A DNA stretch of 63,905 nt, counting the filler, from Octopus bimaculoides (lineage: Eukaryota), in NCBI RefSeq assembly GCF_001194135.2. It is 5 parts of 5 records of this genome, joined end to end, with 100 filler letters (N's around TTAATTAATTAA, not from the genome) between each part and the next. Parts side by side here need not be neighbours in the genome. Positions count along the whole stretch, not along the records: positions 1 to 17,898 come from NC_068996.1; 4 more parts are not named here. The stretch is one strand, 5' to 3'. This document shows positions 1 through 11,868 of the stretch, piece after piece. The translations under genes and the position numbers were made by a program. Under the pieces are notes generated by a model. The model worked only from the letters and a program-made list of their open reading frames with translations. It ran no database searches and was not told the origin of the DNA. Position 1 is the stretch's first letter; the number at the start of each line of letters is the position of its first letter.

Positions 1-1502
1 CTACATCATAGAGAGGGTAGTTAAGGAACCTGGCATGGGTGGGGCCCTGATCAATTTGGATCAATCGAAAGCTTTCGATAGGGTAGACCATCGATACTTG
101 GAGGCCGTCCTCGAAGCGGCCGGCTTCGGTCCCGTTTTCCGCGGCTGGATGGCTGCCTTGTACACAGGCATCCGTTCGGTAGTTCGCGTCAATTGACGTC
201 TATCGGGACCCTTCGACATTGCACGTTGGCTTCGTCAGGGATGCCCCTTGTCGCCGCTCCTGTACGTATTGACTCTCGAGCCACTACTGTGGAAGCTGGC
301 GACGCTGAGGGGCATCCCGCGAGAGTTGGGATGCGTTACGAGCGTGTCGGCATACGCGGACGACGTCACCGTCATAGCGTCNNNNNNNNNNNNNNNNNNN
401 NNNNNNNNNNNNNNNNNNNNNNNNNNNNNNNNNNNNNNNNNNNNNNNNNNNNNNNNNNNNNNNNNNNNNNNNNNNNNNNNNNNNNNNNNNNNNNNNNNNN
501 NNNNNNNNNNNNNNNNNNNNNNNNNNNNNNNNNNNNNNNNNNNNNNNNNNNNNNNNNNNNNNNNNNNNNNNNNNNNNNNNNNNNNNNNNNNNNNNNNNNN
601 NNNNNNNNNNNNNNNNNNNNNNNNNNNNNNNNNNNNNNNNNNNNNNNNNNNNNNNNNNNNNNNNNNNNNNNNNNNNNNNNNNNNNNNNNNNNNNNNNNNN
701 NNNNNNNNNNNNNNNNNNNNNNNNNNNNNNNNNNNNNNNNNNNNNNNNNNNNNNNNNNNNNNNNNNNNNNNNNNNNNNNNNNNNNNNNNNNNNNNNNNNN
801 NNNNNNNNNNNNNNNNNNNNNNNNNNNNNNNNNNNNNNNNNNNNNNNNNNNNNNNNNNNNNNNNNNNNNNNNNNNNNNNNNNNNNNNNNNNNNNNNNNNN
901 NNNNNNNNNNNNNNNNNNNNNNNNNNNNNNNNNNNNNNNNNNNNNNNNNNNNNNNNNNNNNNNNNNNNNNNNNNNNNNNNNNNNNNNNNNNNNNNNNNNN
1001 NNNNNNNNNNNNNNNNNNNNNNNNNNNNNNNNNNNNNNNNNNNNNNNNNNNNNNNNNNNNNNNNNNNNNNNNNNNNNNNNNNNNNNNNNNNNNNNNNNNN
1101 NNNNNNNNNNNNNNNTGGGTGCATGTAGCAAGAATGGCACGTATAAATGACGAAGCCACCTTGACCATGATTCTATAAAACGTTTAAAATTTTGTAAACA
1201 GAGAGTTACTTACGTTTCTTGCATAAAAAGGAATTTTATTTAACAAATTGTGACACTAAGGACTGACGTTACCGTGGTCTTTTCCGTAGGTTTTTCTTTC
1301 CACGGATAACCTCCCCATTTATTGGGAAATTTTTGTAATATTCTCATTTTTTTTTGTACATACCCCAAACATTTTCTCGATGCCTTTTCATCGTTATCCC
1401 CATTTTAACTTTTTAATTTATTTTCGTCCCCATCGAAAAGAAAAACTCTACATTTGTATTTTGTCCCTTCTATGTTGAGCCCTGTGTGGCTAATAAAAAA
1501 AA
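1..1502 (+). mobile_element. L1/Tx1-clade non-LTR retrotransposon, 3' portion (RT to 3' end), spanning an N gap; inactive
   Basis: Frame from nt 2 reads YIIERVVKEPGMGGALINLDQSKAFDRVDH...VRVN*RLSG...LRQGCPLSPLLY...SAYADDVTV, i.e. RT motifs with one in-frame stop. After the gap the ORF ends WVHVARMARINDEATLTMIL*. The 3' end gccctgtgtggctaataaaaaaaa resembles the end of the copy at ~16455. Confidence 0.85.
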
Positions 1503-1719
1503 CATATCTATCTATGTAATTGTAAATGATAATAATAATATGTTTATAAGATTAATTCTTATAAGTGATCACCATGCATTGGCTAAGGTAAACAGTCTAA
1601 TATTGAGGCATATAAGCCCTCAACAGAAAGAAGCAGGGTTTGCGGTTCGCATGGGACTCGAACCCTCACCTCCATGGATTCGCGACAAATGTGCTATCAT
1701 TTACACTAACGTATCCCTA

Positions 1720-2095
1720 GCATCCTTCCGAAGGGTATATGGTCCGAGTAAAGAAGGTTGCTTTCCTGTTCTTTCTACAGAAGGGAATCTTCTCATAGAT
1801 CGTAATGACATATTGAAACGTTGGGTAGAGCACTTTAAAGATGTACTCAATAGAGATACAAATGTAGACGAGAACTCAATCAATAATATCCCCCGCCCCC
1901 AAACCGGTAATTGGCTTTTGGATTGGATCTATATTTGGATGAAGTGACAGAGACTATAAAACGACGAATGGAAAAGCTCCTGGAGATGATGGCATTTCTG
2001 AAGAAATAATTTGGAATGTATTGGAAATATTTTGATAAATAAATTAACAGAGCTTATGGTCCAAATGAGACAAATAGCAATTCAGCAATTTAAAG
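1720..2095 (+). pseudogene. RTE-clade LINE fragment (region just upstream of RT)
   Basis: RRVYGPSKEGCFPVLSTEGNLLIDRNDILKRWVEHFKDVLN, then a frameshifted NGKAPGDDGIS (the GKAPGxDG motif), typical of RTE/BovB-like ORFs. Confidence 0.7.
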
Positions 2096-2234
2096 ATGCA
2101 ACGGTTCTTCGTATTTGTAAAGTATAAAAGTAACAAATGTGAACGTGACAATTTCTCTCCCCTTTCGTCTTCGTCTTCCTCTTTCTCTTCTACTTTTTCT
2201 ATCTCTTCCACCTTCGTCTTCCTTTTCTTTTTTC

Positions 2235-2510
2235 CACTTCTTCCTTTTATTCCCTTCTTCTTCTTCTTCTTCTTCTTCTTCTTCTTCTTCTTCTTCTTCT
2301 TCTTCTTCTTCTTCTTCTTCTTCCTTTTCTTCTTCTTCTTCTTCTTCTTCTTCTTCTTCTTCTCCTCCTCCTCCTCCTTTTTCTTTTTCTTCTTCTTTTT
2401 CTTCTTCTTCTTTTTCTTTTTCTTCTTTTTTCTTTTTCTTCTTTTTCTTCTTCTTCATCCCCTTCTTCTTCTTCTTCTTCTTCTTCTTCTTCTTCTTCTT
2501 CTTCTTCTTC
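2235..2510. repeat. (CTT)n / (GAA)n imperfect trinucleotide tract
   Basis: Directly visible. Confidence 0.95.
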
Positions 2511-3517
2511 GTACTTGTTAGGTAGTATGATTTCTTGTTTGTATTTGTCNNNNNNNNNNNNNNNNNNNNNNNNNNNNTAGGTATTTTTGCAGTCCTATGG
2601 TGGTTATTTTATAATAGTCTTCCAGCTGTATAAGACCTCTACCACCTTCTGTACGTTGTATATATAGCCTTTCTATGTCAGATTTTGAGTGGTGCATCCT
2701 ATATCCTGTCATTATTTTTCTTGTTTTCCTGTCTATTTTAGATAGTTCGTTTAGTGTCCAGTTAAGGATATTGTAGCTGTAACTTATAACTGGGACAGCT
2801 AAAGTGTCAATACCTATTATCTTGTTTTTAGCATTGAGCTCTGTTTTTAGTATTGATCTAACTCGTCTATAGTACTCTTTCTTTATTGTTTCTTTCATTT
2901 GTGTGTGTTGTATCCTATCTAGTTCATTGACTCCTAAATATTTGTATGGCTGGTTTTCGTCTAGTTCACTTATTTCATTGGCTTTATCTAGTGTGATGTT
3001 GCTACTTCTAACTAATTTTCCTCTTTTCAGGGTTGCATTGGCACATTTTTCTAATCCGAATTTCATATCTATTTCCTTAGCAAAGCCATGTACTGTCTGT
3101 AGTAGCGTTTTCAGCTCTTTGTCATTTCTAGCGTATAATTTTAGGTCATCCATATATAAAAGGTGGCTGACTGTTTTCCCGTAACATTTGTATTCGCATC
3201 CAGTTCTATTTANNNNNNNNNNTGACTGTTTTCCCGTAACATTTGTATTCGCATCCAGTTCTATTTAGCAATTCAGTTAAAGGTGTGAGTGCCAGGCAGA
3301 ACAGGAGTGGAGAGAGCATGTCTCGCTGGAACATTCCTCTTCTAATGGGGAGGGCTTTCGTTTTCACGACTCCCTCTTTTGTTTGTAGCTCTAGCACTGT
3401 CTGCCATTTATTCATAGAGTGCCTTGTGTATTTTAAAATAATTGGTACCACCTTGTTTATGGCTAGTGTTTCGAGGATCCACGTGTGGGGAACACTGTCG
3501 AAAGCCTTTCGGTAGTC

Positions 3518-3518
<1 letters not shown>
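2511..3518 (-). mobile_element. R4/Dong-like (REL-class) non-LTR retrotransposon, RT core and thumb, 5'-truncated
   Basis: Minus strand reads DYRKAFDSVPHTWI, then IRRGMFQRDMLSPLLFCLAL, then YMDDLKLYA...FGLEKCA...YKYLGV...DRKTRKIMT...LYIQRTEGGRGLIQLE, then DKYKQEIILPNKYEEEE. Confidence 0.85.
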
Positions 3519-3597
<79 letters not shown>

Positions 3598-3605
3598 TAT
3601 TATTA
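3519..3605. repeat. (ATT)n / (TAA)n microsatellite
   Basis: Directly visible. Confidence 0.95.
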
Positions 3606-4350
3606 CCAGCTGTTCACTTCCCGTGGACTAAGACTGTATGTTCATTTCAAATCTCAAGGATTTTGCAGAGACTTTAAATTCCAATTAATGCTATCTTCTT
3701 GATGTCCTCTATTCTAATTTTTATGTCTATCTTTTCCAACCACTTTTTAATTTCTATTCTCACTGTACTTTTCGCACGAACAATAACTGTTATTGTATCT
3801 AATTTCGTACTTACTGTGACACTTATTTCTGTCTTCTTTTTTTGTTGTTGTTTGTTAAGTCACTGAATTTATCTTCCCAAGACCTCTGTTGAGCTGCTAA
3901 ACCTGGTTCTCAAATCTCTGTTGCGCCCAATGGATCTTTGCTCCTTATATCTCGACTTTTAACCTCAAGAATTTCTAAGGTAACAATTACTGCGCTACAT
4001 ATGACGTCATTTGCTTTGCATCTGTTATATTTTCAACATTGATTTTTGTTAAAAGTACGCCAAGCCACTTTAATAGTTTACGATTTTTCTTTTCGATTTT
4101 TCACAAAGCTGGTAGCCTCATTCTTTCACTTGTTCGATTCTAATTTAACCATTGTAGTACACCTCTTTGCTCCTCTGTAGCATCCCTTTCTTTCACGAAG
4201 TAAACTCGTCTTCATCCCGGTTATTATTTCTATCTTGATGGTTTATTGAATTTATCGTTATTTCTCGTTCGCTTTCCTCTTCTTCTACGTAACTATTTTT
4301 CATTGTGTTAGAGATATTTTCCCGTTCAAACTAGGACAGTCACTAATTTT
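3606..4350 (-). pseudogene. Older, highly degenerate R4/Dong-like remnant
   Basis: Minus-strand patches LLTKINVENITDAK (pre-RT-like), WAQQRFENQV*QL (pre-RT-like) and KKWLEKIDIKIRIEDIKKIALIG (REL C-terminus-like), ending at the TAA tract. Many stops. Confidence 0.35.
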
Positions 4351-5097
4351 GCTTAATTAATTTTTTCTGGTTTAGCACTGATGCTTAACATATCTTTCCG
4401 TATGCATATCTAATACATTCTTTTCTTGTATCCTATTTTGTCAGGCTTATATATCAGTGCTGTTGACGGTTTGAGACAACTTGTTCCTAATATTTGAAAC
4501 TACAACAAAAACTAAAACAGGAACAGCAGCAGCAACAACACCAACAGAAACGCAACAGTTACATTTATGCTGTTTGCTAGTTCTTGGTTGTATTTTTATG
4601 TTGAGAAGACGCTCTCCTTTGCCATATTTTCTTTGATTCAGTTTATGATTCTTTGTGCAGACTATTCCAGCGTAGCGGTCTAAATTCTGGCTATCACTAC
4701 TTGTTAGTACTAACGTGAGAATAACTAGTTTGGCAAATATGCCACATTTTGCAACTCTCATTCTCTTTTCTGCTTATATTTTCAATTTGTAAATTTGTTG
4801 GGGAACGGTGAGATGTATATTTATCCACTGTTTTAGTAGAGTTAACATCTTACCGTCACCAAATGCAATGTTAATGTTTTAAAAAAATTAACAGATGAAA
4901 ATAATCTTTTGGAAAAAGAAAAATTATCCAGCAACTGTGGTCCTCACTAACACATTACAACAAAAAACTCGCATAACACAGTTCAATTCATGATGTGGAG
5001 AAGGAGGAGTAGTATGGAGCGACGTGAAAATGGAGGAAGAGGACGGAAGGAGGAAGAAAAGAGGAACAAGCAGGGGAAGACGAATGGAAAAGGAAGG

Positions 5098-5098
<1 letters not shown>

Positions 5099-5129
<31 letters not shown>

Positions 5130-5183
5130 AAGAAGAAGAAGAAGAAGAAGAAGAAGAAGAAGAAGAAGAAGAAGAAGAAGAAG
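5099..5183. repeat. (GAA)n tract running into an N gap
   Basis: Directly visible. Confidence 0.95.
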
Positions 5184-6013
5184 NNNNNNNNNNNNNNNNN
5201 NNNNNNNNNNNNNNNNNNNNNNNNNNNNNNNNNNNNNNNNNNNNNNNNNNNNNNNNNNNNNNNNNNNNNNNNNNNNNNNNNNNNNNNNNNNNNNNNNNNN
5301 NNNNNNNNNNNNNNNNNNNNNNNNNNNNNNNNNNNNNNNNNNNNNNNNNNNNNNNNNNNNNNNNNNNNNNNNNNNNNNNNNNNNNNNNNNNNNNNNNNNN
5401 NNNNNNNNNNNNNNNNNNNNNNNNNNNNNNNNNNNNNNNNNNNNNNNNNNNNNNNNNNNNNNNNNNNNNNNNNNNNNNNNNNNNNNNNNNNNNNNNNNNN
5501 NNNNNNNNNNNNNNNNNNNNNNNNNNNNNNNNNNNNNNNNNNNNNNNNNNNNNNNNNNNNNNNNNNNNNNNNNNNNNNNNNNNNNNNNNNNNNNNNNNNN
5601 NNNNNNNNNNNNNNNNNNNNNNNNNNNNNNNNNNNNNNNNNNNNNNNNNNNNNNNNNNNNNNNNNNNNNNNNNNNNNNNNNNNNNNNNNNNNNNNNNNNN
5701 NNNNNNNNNNNNNNNNNNNNNNNNNNNNNNNNNNNNNNNNNNNNNNNNNNNNNNNNNNNNNNNNNNNNNNNNNNNNNNNNNNNNNNNNNNNNNNNNNNNN
5801 NNNNNNNNNNNNNNNNNNNNNNNNNNNNNNNNNNNNNNNNNNNNNNNNNNNNNNNNNNNNNNNNNNNNNNNNNNNNNNNNNNNNNNNNNNNNNNNNNNNN
5901 NNNNNNNNNNNNNNNNNNNNNNNNNNNNNNNNNNNNNNNNNNNNNNNNNNNNNNNNNNNNNNNNNNNNNNNNNNNNNNNNNNNNNNNNNNNNNNNNNNNN
6001 NNNNNNNNNNNNN

Positions 6014-6234
6014 AAAAAAATATTCAGACAAATACATAACAAAAATACCAGGACTTACAAATATATATAACATACAGAAAATTGCGCTACTGGGCACTGC
6101 ATACATCCTACGCAAAACACTTTCAATACAGTAACCATAAGAGCACCACAGCAAACCACAGCACATACCCAAGGCGCACAGAGCTGCGCTCGGTAGTGAA
6201 GTGAAAGCACGTTATAAAAATAAAACTACTGAAC
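6014..6234 (+). mobile_element. R4/Dong-like element 3' end (end of REL domain plus 3' UTR)
   Basis: KYSDKYITKIPGLTNIYNIQKIALLGTAYILRKTLSIQ*. The 3' UTR ...gagctgcgctcggtagtgaagtgaaagcacgttataaaaataaaactactgaac is nearly identical to 57820-58067 and related to the 3' end of 59754-60730. Confidence 0.8.
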
Positions 6235-6280
<46 letters not shown>

Positions 6281-6309
6281 TTAATAATAATAATAATAAT
6301 AATAATAAT
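6235..6309. repeat. (AAT)n microsatellite at the element 3' end
   Basis: Directly visible. Confidence 0.95.
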
Positions 6310-6719
6310 GGTTTGGCGAAGGGTTTTACTCAATTACATGAATCCCAGTGCTCAACTGGTACTTAATTTATCGACCTCGAAATGGCGAATATTAATGATA
6401 AATAATAATAAATAATAATAGCCTTTATTTTGAAGTTGTATTTCATTTGGGCAAAAACCAGACTTATTTTCTGCATATGCAGGTAGATACATGTGAATTT
6501 TCTTCTCTTTATCATCGTTACAATGTGAGTAAAACTGAGTTGAGAATTGTTCTCTCATCATGCCTGTTTTGTTTTTTAGATTGTTTTGTGTTTTGCTATG
6601 GTTTTTGTTCAGTATTAGAAACCTGCATTTTGGCAGGGCCTTGCTATCTTGCTAGTCAATGCTAGAAAATTGTACATTCATATTGTGCTGTGTCGCTCCC
6701 TTTTTCTTTTTTTACTTTC

Positions 6720-6739
6720 TGTCTCTCTCTTTCTCTCTT

Positions 6740-6816
<77 letters not shown>
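6720..6816. repeat. (CT)n microsatellite
   Basis: Directly visible. Similar (GA)/(CT) tracts occur at ~10836-10920, ~24999-25083, ~27140-27225 and ~31688-31733. Confidence 0.95.
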
Positions 6817-6820
<4 letters not shown>

Positions 6821-7955
6821 CTATCTATCTAGCTATCTTCTTATCTGCTTTTTCCTCTAGATCGTTGGAATCTTCATAATAGTTATATTGTTAGACGTTG
6901 CCTTTCTCTCATGCTTCAACATTCAATGTGTCGCTTTGAAATGGTGTTTATTGTCAAACGCACTTATTCTGAAGTTGTTTAATTTAGGTTTTATGGGCTA
7001 TAGTATAAACCAGAGCTATTTTCTCAAGTTAGATGTAAATGGTTTTCCTTCTCCTTATCATCCTTAGTATTTTAGTATTTGTTTTTGTTTGTTTTTTTTT
7101 GGTCGGGGGCATTTTTGTATGAAAAAATTTTGAAGGCTATTTCTCTTTACACCTCCGTCCCTTAACATCCCACTCCGAACTTTTTTTGACCAATTATTTA
7201 TTTTTTTTAATTTTCTAATATTTTCAGAGGGAAAAGTGAGTGATTTAAGGGCGATTTGACTGTTGTTTCTAGCATATCCAAAGACAACCCTCCTCGTTTC
7301 TTTATCACTCTCGCATGTATTGATGATTTTCAATATTTTCTCCCAGAAATGGATTTACATGCTANNNNNNNNNNAGCCTGAGAAGGTGATTTTAAAAAAT
7401 TACGGTGATATACTTGCATAGCAAGTAACTTGATCTGAGATCGTGTGCTGAAACAAAAACAATTGCAGCGTAGATGTTTCTAAGCCGTTCAAGAATATAC
7501 AAAAACAGATTCATTTATGTCAAAATATTTTCGTCGCTTTGAAACCGTGACCTGTTCACTGACAAAACTTCACAAAAGTGATGCAGCATTAAGTTTTGTG
7601 AGAAATTGGAGTTTAAAAATTCAATAAACTTGAGAGATCGAATTTACAGGAAATTTCTTAGAACATGAAATTATGAAAATATTTCCAGGCTGTCAACCTT
7701 TTAATAATTGCTTACTTTTAGTACTTTTAGCAATTGCAACATAATGTTGTGTCGACGCCCCCAGACGATGAAGTAGGCTAGCCCAATACGGAGATACAGA
7801 GAGAGACGTCTAGACGTTGATGTAGTTGAGTAGAGGTCACCCGAACGTGCGATATAACAGTGGCGACGAGGATCTCGTAGCTCACACAGCCACTGTGTAG
7901 TATTGCGATATAATACATACCTAATTAAGTAGCAGCTTTTTCCATTAGAGTATAG

Positions 7956-8046
<91 letters not shown>
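7956..8046. repeat. (ATT)n microsatellite
   Basis: Directly visible. Confidence 0.95.
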
Positions 8047-8047
<1 letters not shown>

Positions 8048-8365
8048 TGAGCGAGAGAGCAGCGCATGCCATCAAAGTGACACTGGAATACAAATATACG
8101 AAACCTTATATACCCATTATGACCACTCGTCTGATAAGTGTGGTGTCTGCAATCTGTGCTCATACCACGTCTTGCCTCTTTCTATCAGAGAGGGACATGC
8201 TCAGGTGGTTAAGGTCAAACAAATGACAAGCATTTGCTTGTCAGTTGTTTGACCTCAACCACCTGTGGTATTGAGCAATACCAAGATAAAACAATGTACA
8301 TGATAACATTTCCAGACAGTTAAGATCAGAAGCCACGAGAGCCACTGCCTGGTACTGCATCCGGG
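8047..8365. repeat. Unclassified interspersed repeat (second, longer copy at ~59285-59750)
   Basis: Shared blocks catgccatcaaagtgaca-tgg-atac-atatacgaa and gggacatgctca-tggttaaggtcaa-caa-tgacaagca occur at both loci. Confidence 0.6.
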
Positions 8366-9880
8366 CATTTATTATTATTATTATTAATATTATTATTATA
8401 CAGTAGCTTATTTTCGTTGTATCTTCAGTATGTCTTTGGTTTAGTGTTGTTGGACAAATAAGTTCCTTGAAGATATGGAAGTTTTCAAAACTACAGTAGA
8501 CAATACACTTCAGAAGAGCTTTCAAAAAACATCACCTTGCTTGGAATTTCGTATGGGGATCCTTTGAAGTTCCACCCTTTATGAAAATGCCATTGTCTCG
8601 CATTCTCAAGAAAAGCTACAATTAATTTCCAGCAAGCTACTGTCGTATCTGTCTAATTTCCAATATCTTAAACCTGACATAGATATTCAAAAACTAACAC
8701 TTAACTCCTCCATTATCTTGAAATTGTTCTTCTTCATTGAACATGTTTGTAAAGACAGATATTCCGATGTTGCATCCTCATTAGAACTTCAATCGAAAGC
8801 ATTATTTTCTGTTTGTTTTCACCAACGTATACGTACATGACTGACATGTTTATTTCATAGATAAGTTACGCGCCAATGGTGCGTATCCCCCCCCCCTGAT
8901 ATCTTCGTTTGGAAGTATCGCAGTCAACAGATCGCAAGTATCGCTGTCAACAGAGCCTTCTATTACGTAAAACTAGTACCGGAATATTTAGTAACTTAGA
9001 CGAGTTCTACAATATGCCTTCTGTTTTCCCATTCCAACAATATACACCTCTTAGTCCAAGCATTACTACCTTCTTCTAGCCCTTTATAGACATCCTTTTT
9101 CCTGCATATTGTGCCCCTTATTTTTCCTACAAATATTTACAGCCAGCATCCGCTTTCTCCAAGCTAAGAAATCCCATCAAATATAATTAACTTAGGCAGA
9201 AACGACTATAGTTTCATTATAAGTAATATGACTTAACCTGTTACCTGGCAACATTTCTTATGATCAAACTCTAAAGTGTTCCACTTCCCATCGTCAGCCT
9301 GTACAACGTCTGCCTCTGTTTCGAGATTTATCTGTCGTACTGGCTTTTTGATATTTTTGTTTTATGTGTGGATTAAATATTTTGATTTTTAAAATATACA
9401 CGATGTCCCCCTTATTGTAGTGTCCTACACTATCACCTATTTTTCTTAAAGAATAGTATTGCGCCTGCGATTTTATCTACTGTTAACTCTAATATAGTTC
9501 AATGTTCGGTAATCTCCTGTAATCTCCTGTAATCTTCCTCTTTACATTAATAAATGTATTCTTCACATTTAACCACACTCATTCCCATCTATATCTTAGT
9601 GCCCTTCATTCGTTACCATTTTACACTCTCACATGCCATTCAAATGGAATGTAAATTCTTCACTCAGCTCATATGCTGGACTTGAATGCAGACAGTGAGA
9701 GTATGATCAAATAAGGAATTGATAAATCTGTCTCTGTCACCATGCTATAAACTCATGCACCAAGTAAACTTTGCACTCTTAAATTATGAATTACAAAATT
9801 ATTCTTAATTGTTACAAGTGTAAAGCTAACATCTTTCTATAAATTTTAAACCTCATATCGGAATAATATTCACATATTTT

Positions 9881-9942
9881 AAAGGCGGTGCTCCAGCATG
9901 GCCGCAGTCAAATGACTGAAACAAGTAAAAGAGTAAAAGAGT
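9881..9942 (+). mobile_element. SINE family A, 3' tail fragment
   Basis: aaggcggtgctccagcatggccgcagtcaaatgactgaaacaagtaaaagagtaaaagag. The same tail occurs at ~40365-40448 and ~56867-56930. Confidence 0.8.
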
Positions 9943-10832
9943 ATATTTGGGACGATACAGCTGCAACAAGCTATTACACTGAAGACAGAATCGAAAAGGA
10001 GGTCATTTAATCGATCAACGAATATATGTCCATTCAGTAGCAAACTCACTTTGTTCGTTTCATTTATCATTATTTATTTATTTATTTATTTAATTTTTTG
10101 GTTCCTCTGGTGGTATTATAACGGCGAGAAAATACACGTCTGGACTACATTACAATTGTCCGAAAAATATGTGAATGTGTTGAAATATATTACCTAGTTC
10201 AAAGATATTACCTAGTTAACAAGAGAACTAATTCAATGCATATAGCGTATTGTGTCCTCAGTTGTAGTTTTCAAGATCTCAGTTCGAGATTTATCAAGCA
10301 TATATTTATACATATACAGTTATAGATACTTATACAAGCATATGCAAATTATTGTATAAGTATCTACACACGTGTATGTGCAGACATATATATTTATTAA
10401 TACAAATATACGCACAAACCAAAAGAGAAGACAGTTCACCAATGAGATTTACACTTTTCTCTCAATGTAATATAGCAACCGTGTAATATAGTATTTTCAG
10501 ATTTTCCGTCATTCAAATTGCTCGCCATTCGCTGCTCTTTGCTCTGCTAAAAGTAAACCCATGCCTTTTTATGTAACAGCAAATTTTCAGTATTGAAATA
10601 TTTCATGTTTAATATTTCTATAAAACTTAGCAGCTTAATATTTCGCCCGTCAAGTACTTTATATTTTTCTACCTCTTTCTCCAAGTATCTGTTCTTTCTA
10701 AACCTTGTTTTAGTTATGATAGAGTAAACACGGTTGTGTTGCGTTGTAAACACAAAAAACTACAAACCACAATATATTGTTGCAGGACATTTTTCACTAC
10801 CTTGTATTTCGATATTTAAAATAATCATCTCC

Positions 10833-10922
<90 letters not shown>

Positions 10923-11515
10923 AGAGGTAGAGTAAGGAGATATAAAGAGAAATATATTCAAGAATATTTTGTCCAACAGAAAATCTACATTTTGTACATT
11001 ATGATAGAAACTTATGCTCAACGCTCATTCAATGAACCCAAAACGTATTTCTCTTCTCATTATTTTTTTTCATTCATGTTTTGAAATATTTAGAAGTTGA
11101 ATGAAGCTTGTTATTTTCCTAATCATTAAATAGATAATCTTAGATTATCACCTTATTACTGTTACTTAGTAACAAATTGATCGTTCTCTGATTGCAGTAC
11201 TTCATAAGAACGCGTATTATATTCTAAAAATCCGCCAAATTTTTTGGTTTTGCATATTTGATATAAATTATCCATAACTGAACTGACAATCTGTACGAAA
11301 GAACATAATTTACAATTACTTCGAATATTTCAAATCAATTTCGACTACAAATAATCAAGTTTTGTAGCCAATGTTTAAGTTTCGTTTAATAATCTATCTA
11401 ATTTTGTCTGCTGAACTTAATTGTTGCAACAGATCACTACTTATCTACAAAAAGTATATTTTTCAAAAGAAAAGAATTTTATTCCGCTGGTACTTAACTA
11501 ATCCGTATTAGCATA

Positions 11516-11868
11516 GGCGCCGGCGTGGTTCCTAAGTACTTGTTTCCAGGTTCAGTCCCACTGCGTGGTACCTTGGCTAAGTATCTTCTACTATAGCTTC
11601 GGGCCGACCAAACCTTGTGAGTAGATTTGTTAGAAGGAAACTGAAAGAAGCCTACCTTATATATACATGTGCGTGTGTTTGTGTGTGTCTTTGTGTTTGT
11701 ATCTGTGTTTATCGCACGCCATCACCGATTGATGTGTTATAATCCCCGTAACTTGGCGGTTTTAAGTACTAGGCTTTAAAAGAATAAGTTCTGGTATCGA
11801 TTTGTTTGACTAAAGCGCTTTGAGGCGGTGCTCCAACATAGCCGCAGCCAGGTAAAAGAGTAAAAAAA
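11516..11868 (+). mobile_element. SINE family A (tRNA-headed, octopus-type), diverged near-full copy
   Basis: B-box-like ggttcagtccc, body ttctactatagcttcgggccgacc, internal TA/TG microsatellite, and the family tail. Confidence 0.8.

Noticed and set aside
2090-2525. Poly-E, -F, -S, -R, -Y, -I, -HT and -CV ORFs throughout the window
   Set aside because: Translations of microsatellites.
3165-3270. Direct duplications across small gaps (also 48320-48415 and 62964-63200)
   Set aside because: Identical sequence on both sides of an N gap indicates unmerged contig overlaps.
4447-4761. 104-aa minus-strand ORF with a signal-peptide-like start (MRVAKCGIFAKLVILTLVLTSS)
   Set aside because: No recognisable domain, it runs into low-complexity sequence, and no clear splice structure is present. 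Chance ORF unless RNA-seq says otherwise.
193-6172. Long ORFs of 250-390 aa in the track (and similar ones at 29585-30516, 41033-41752)
   Set aside because: Mostly X from N gaps. Not coding evidence.
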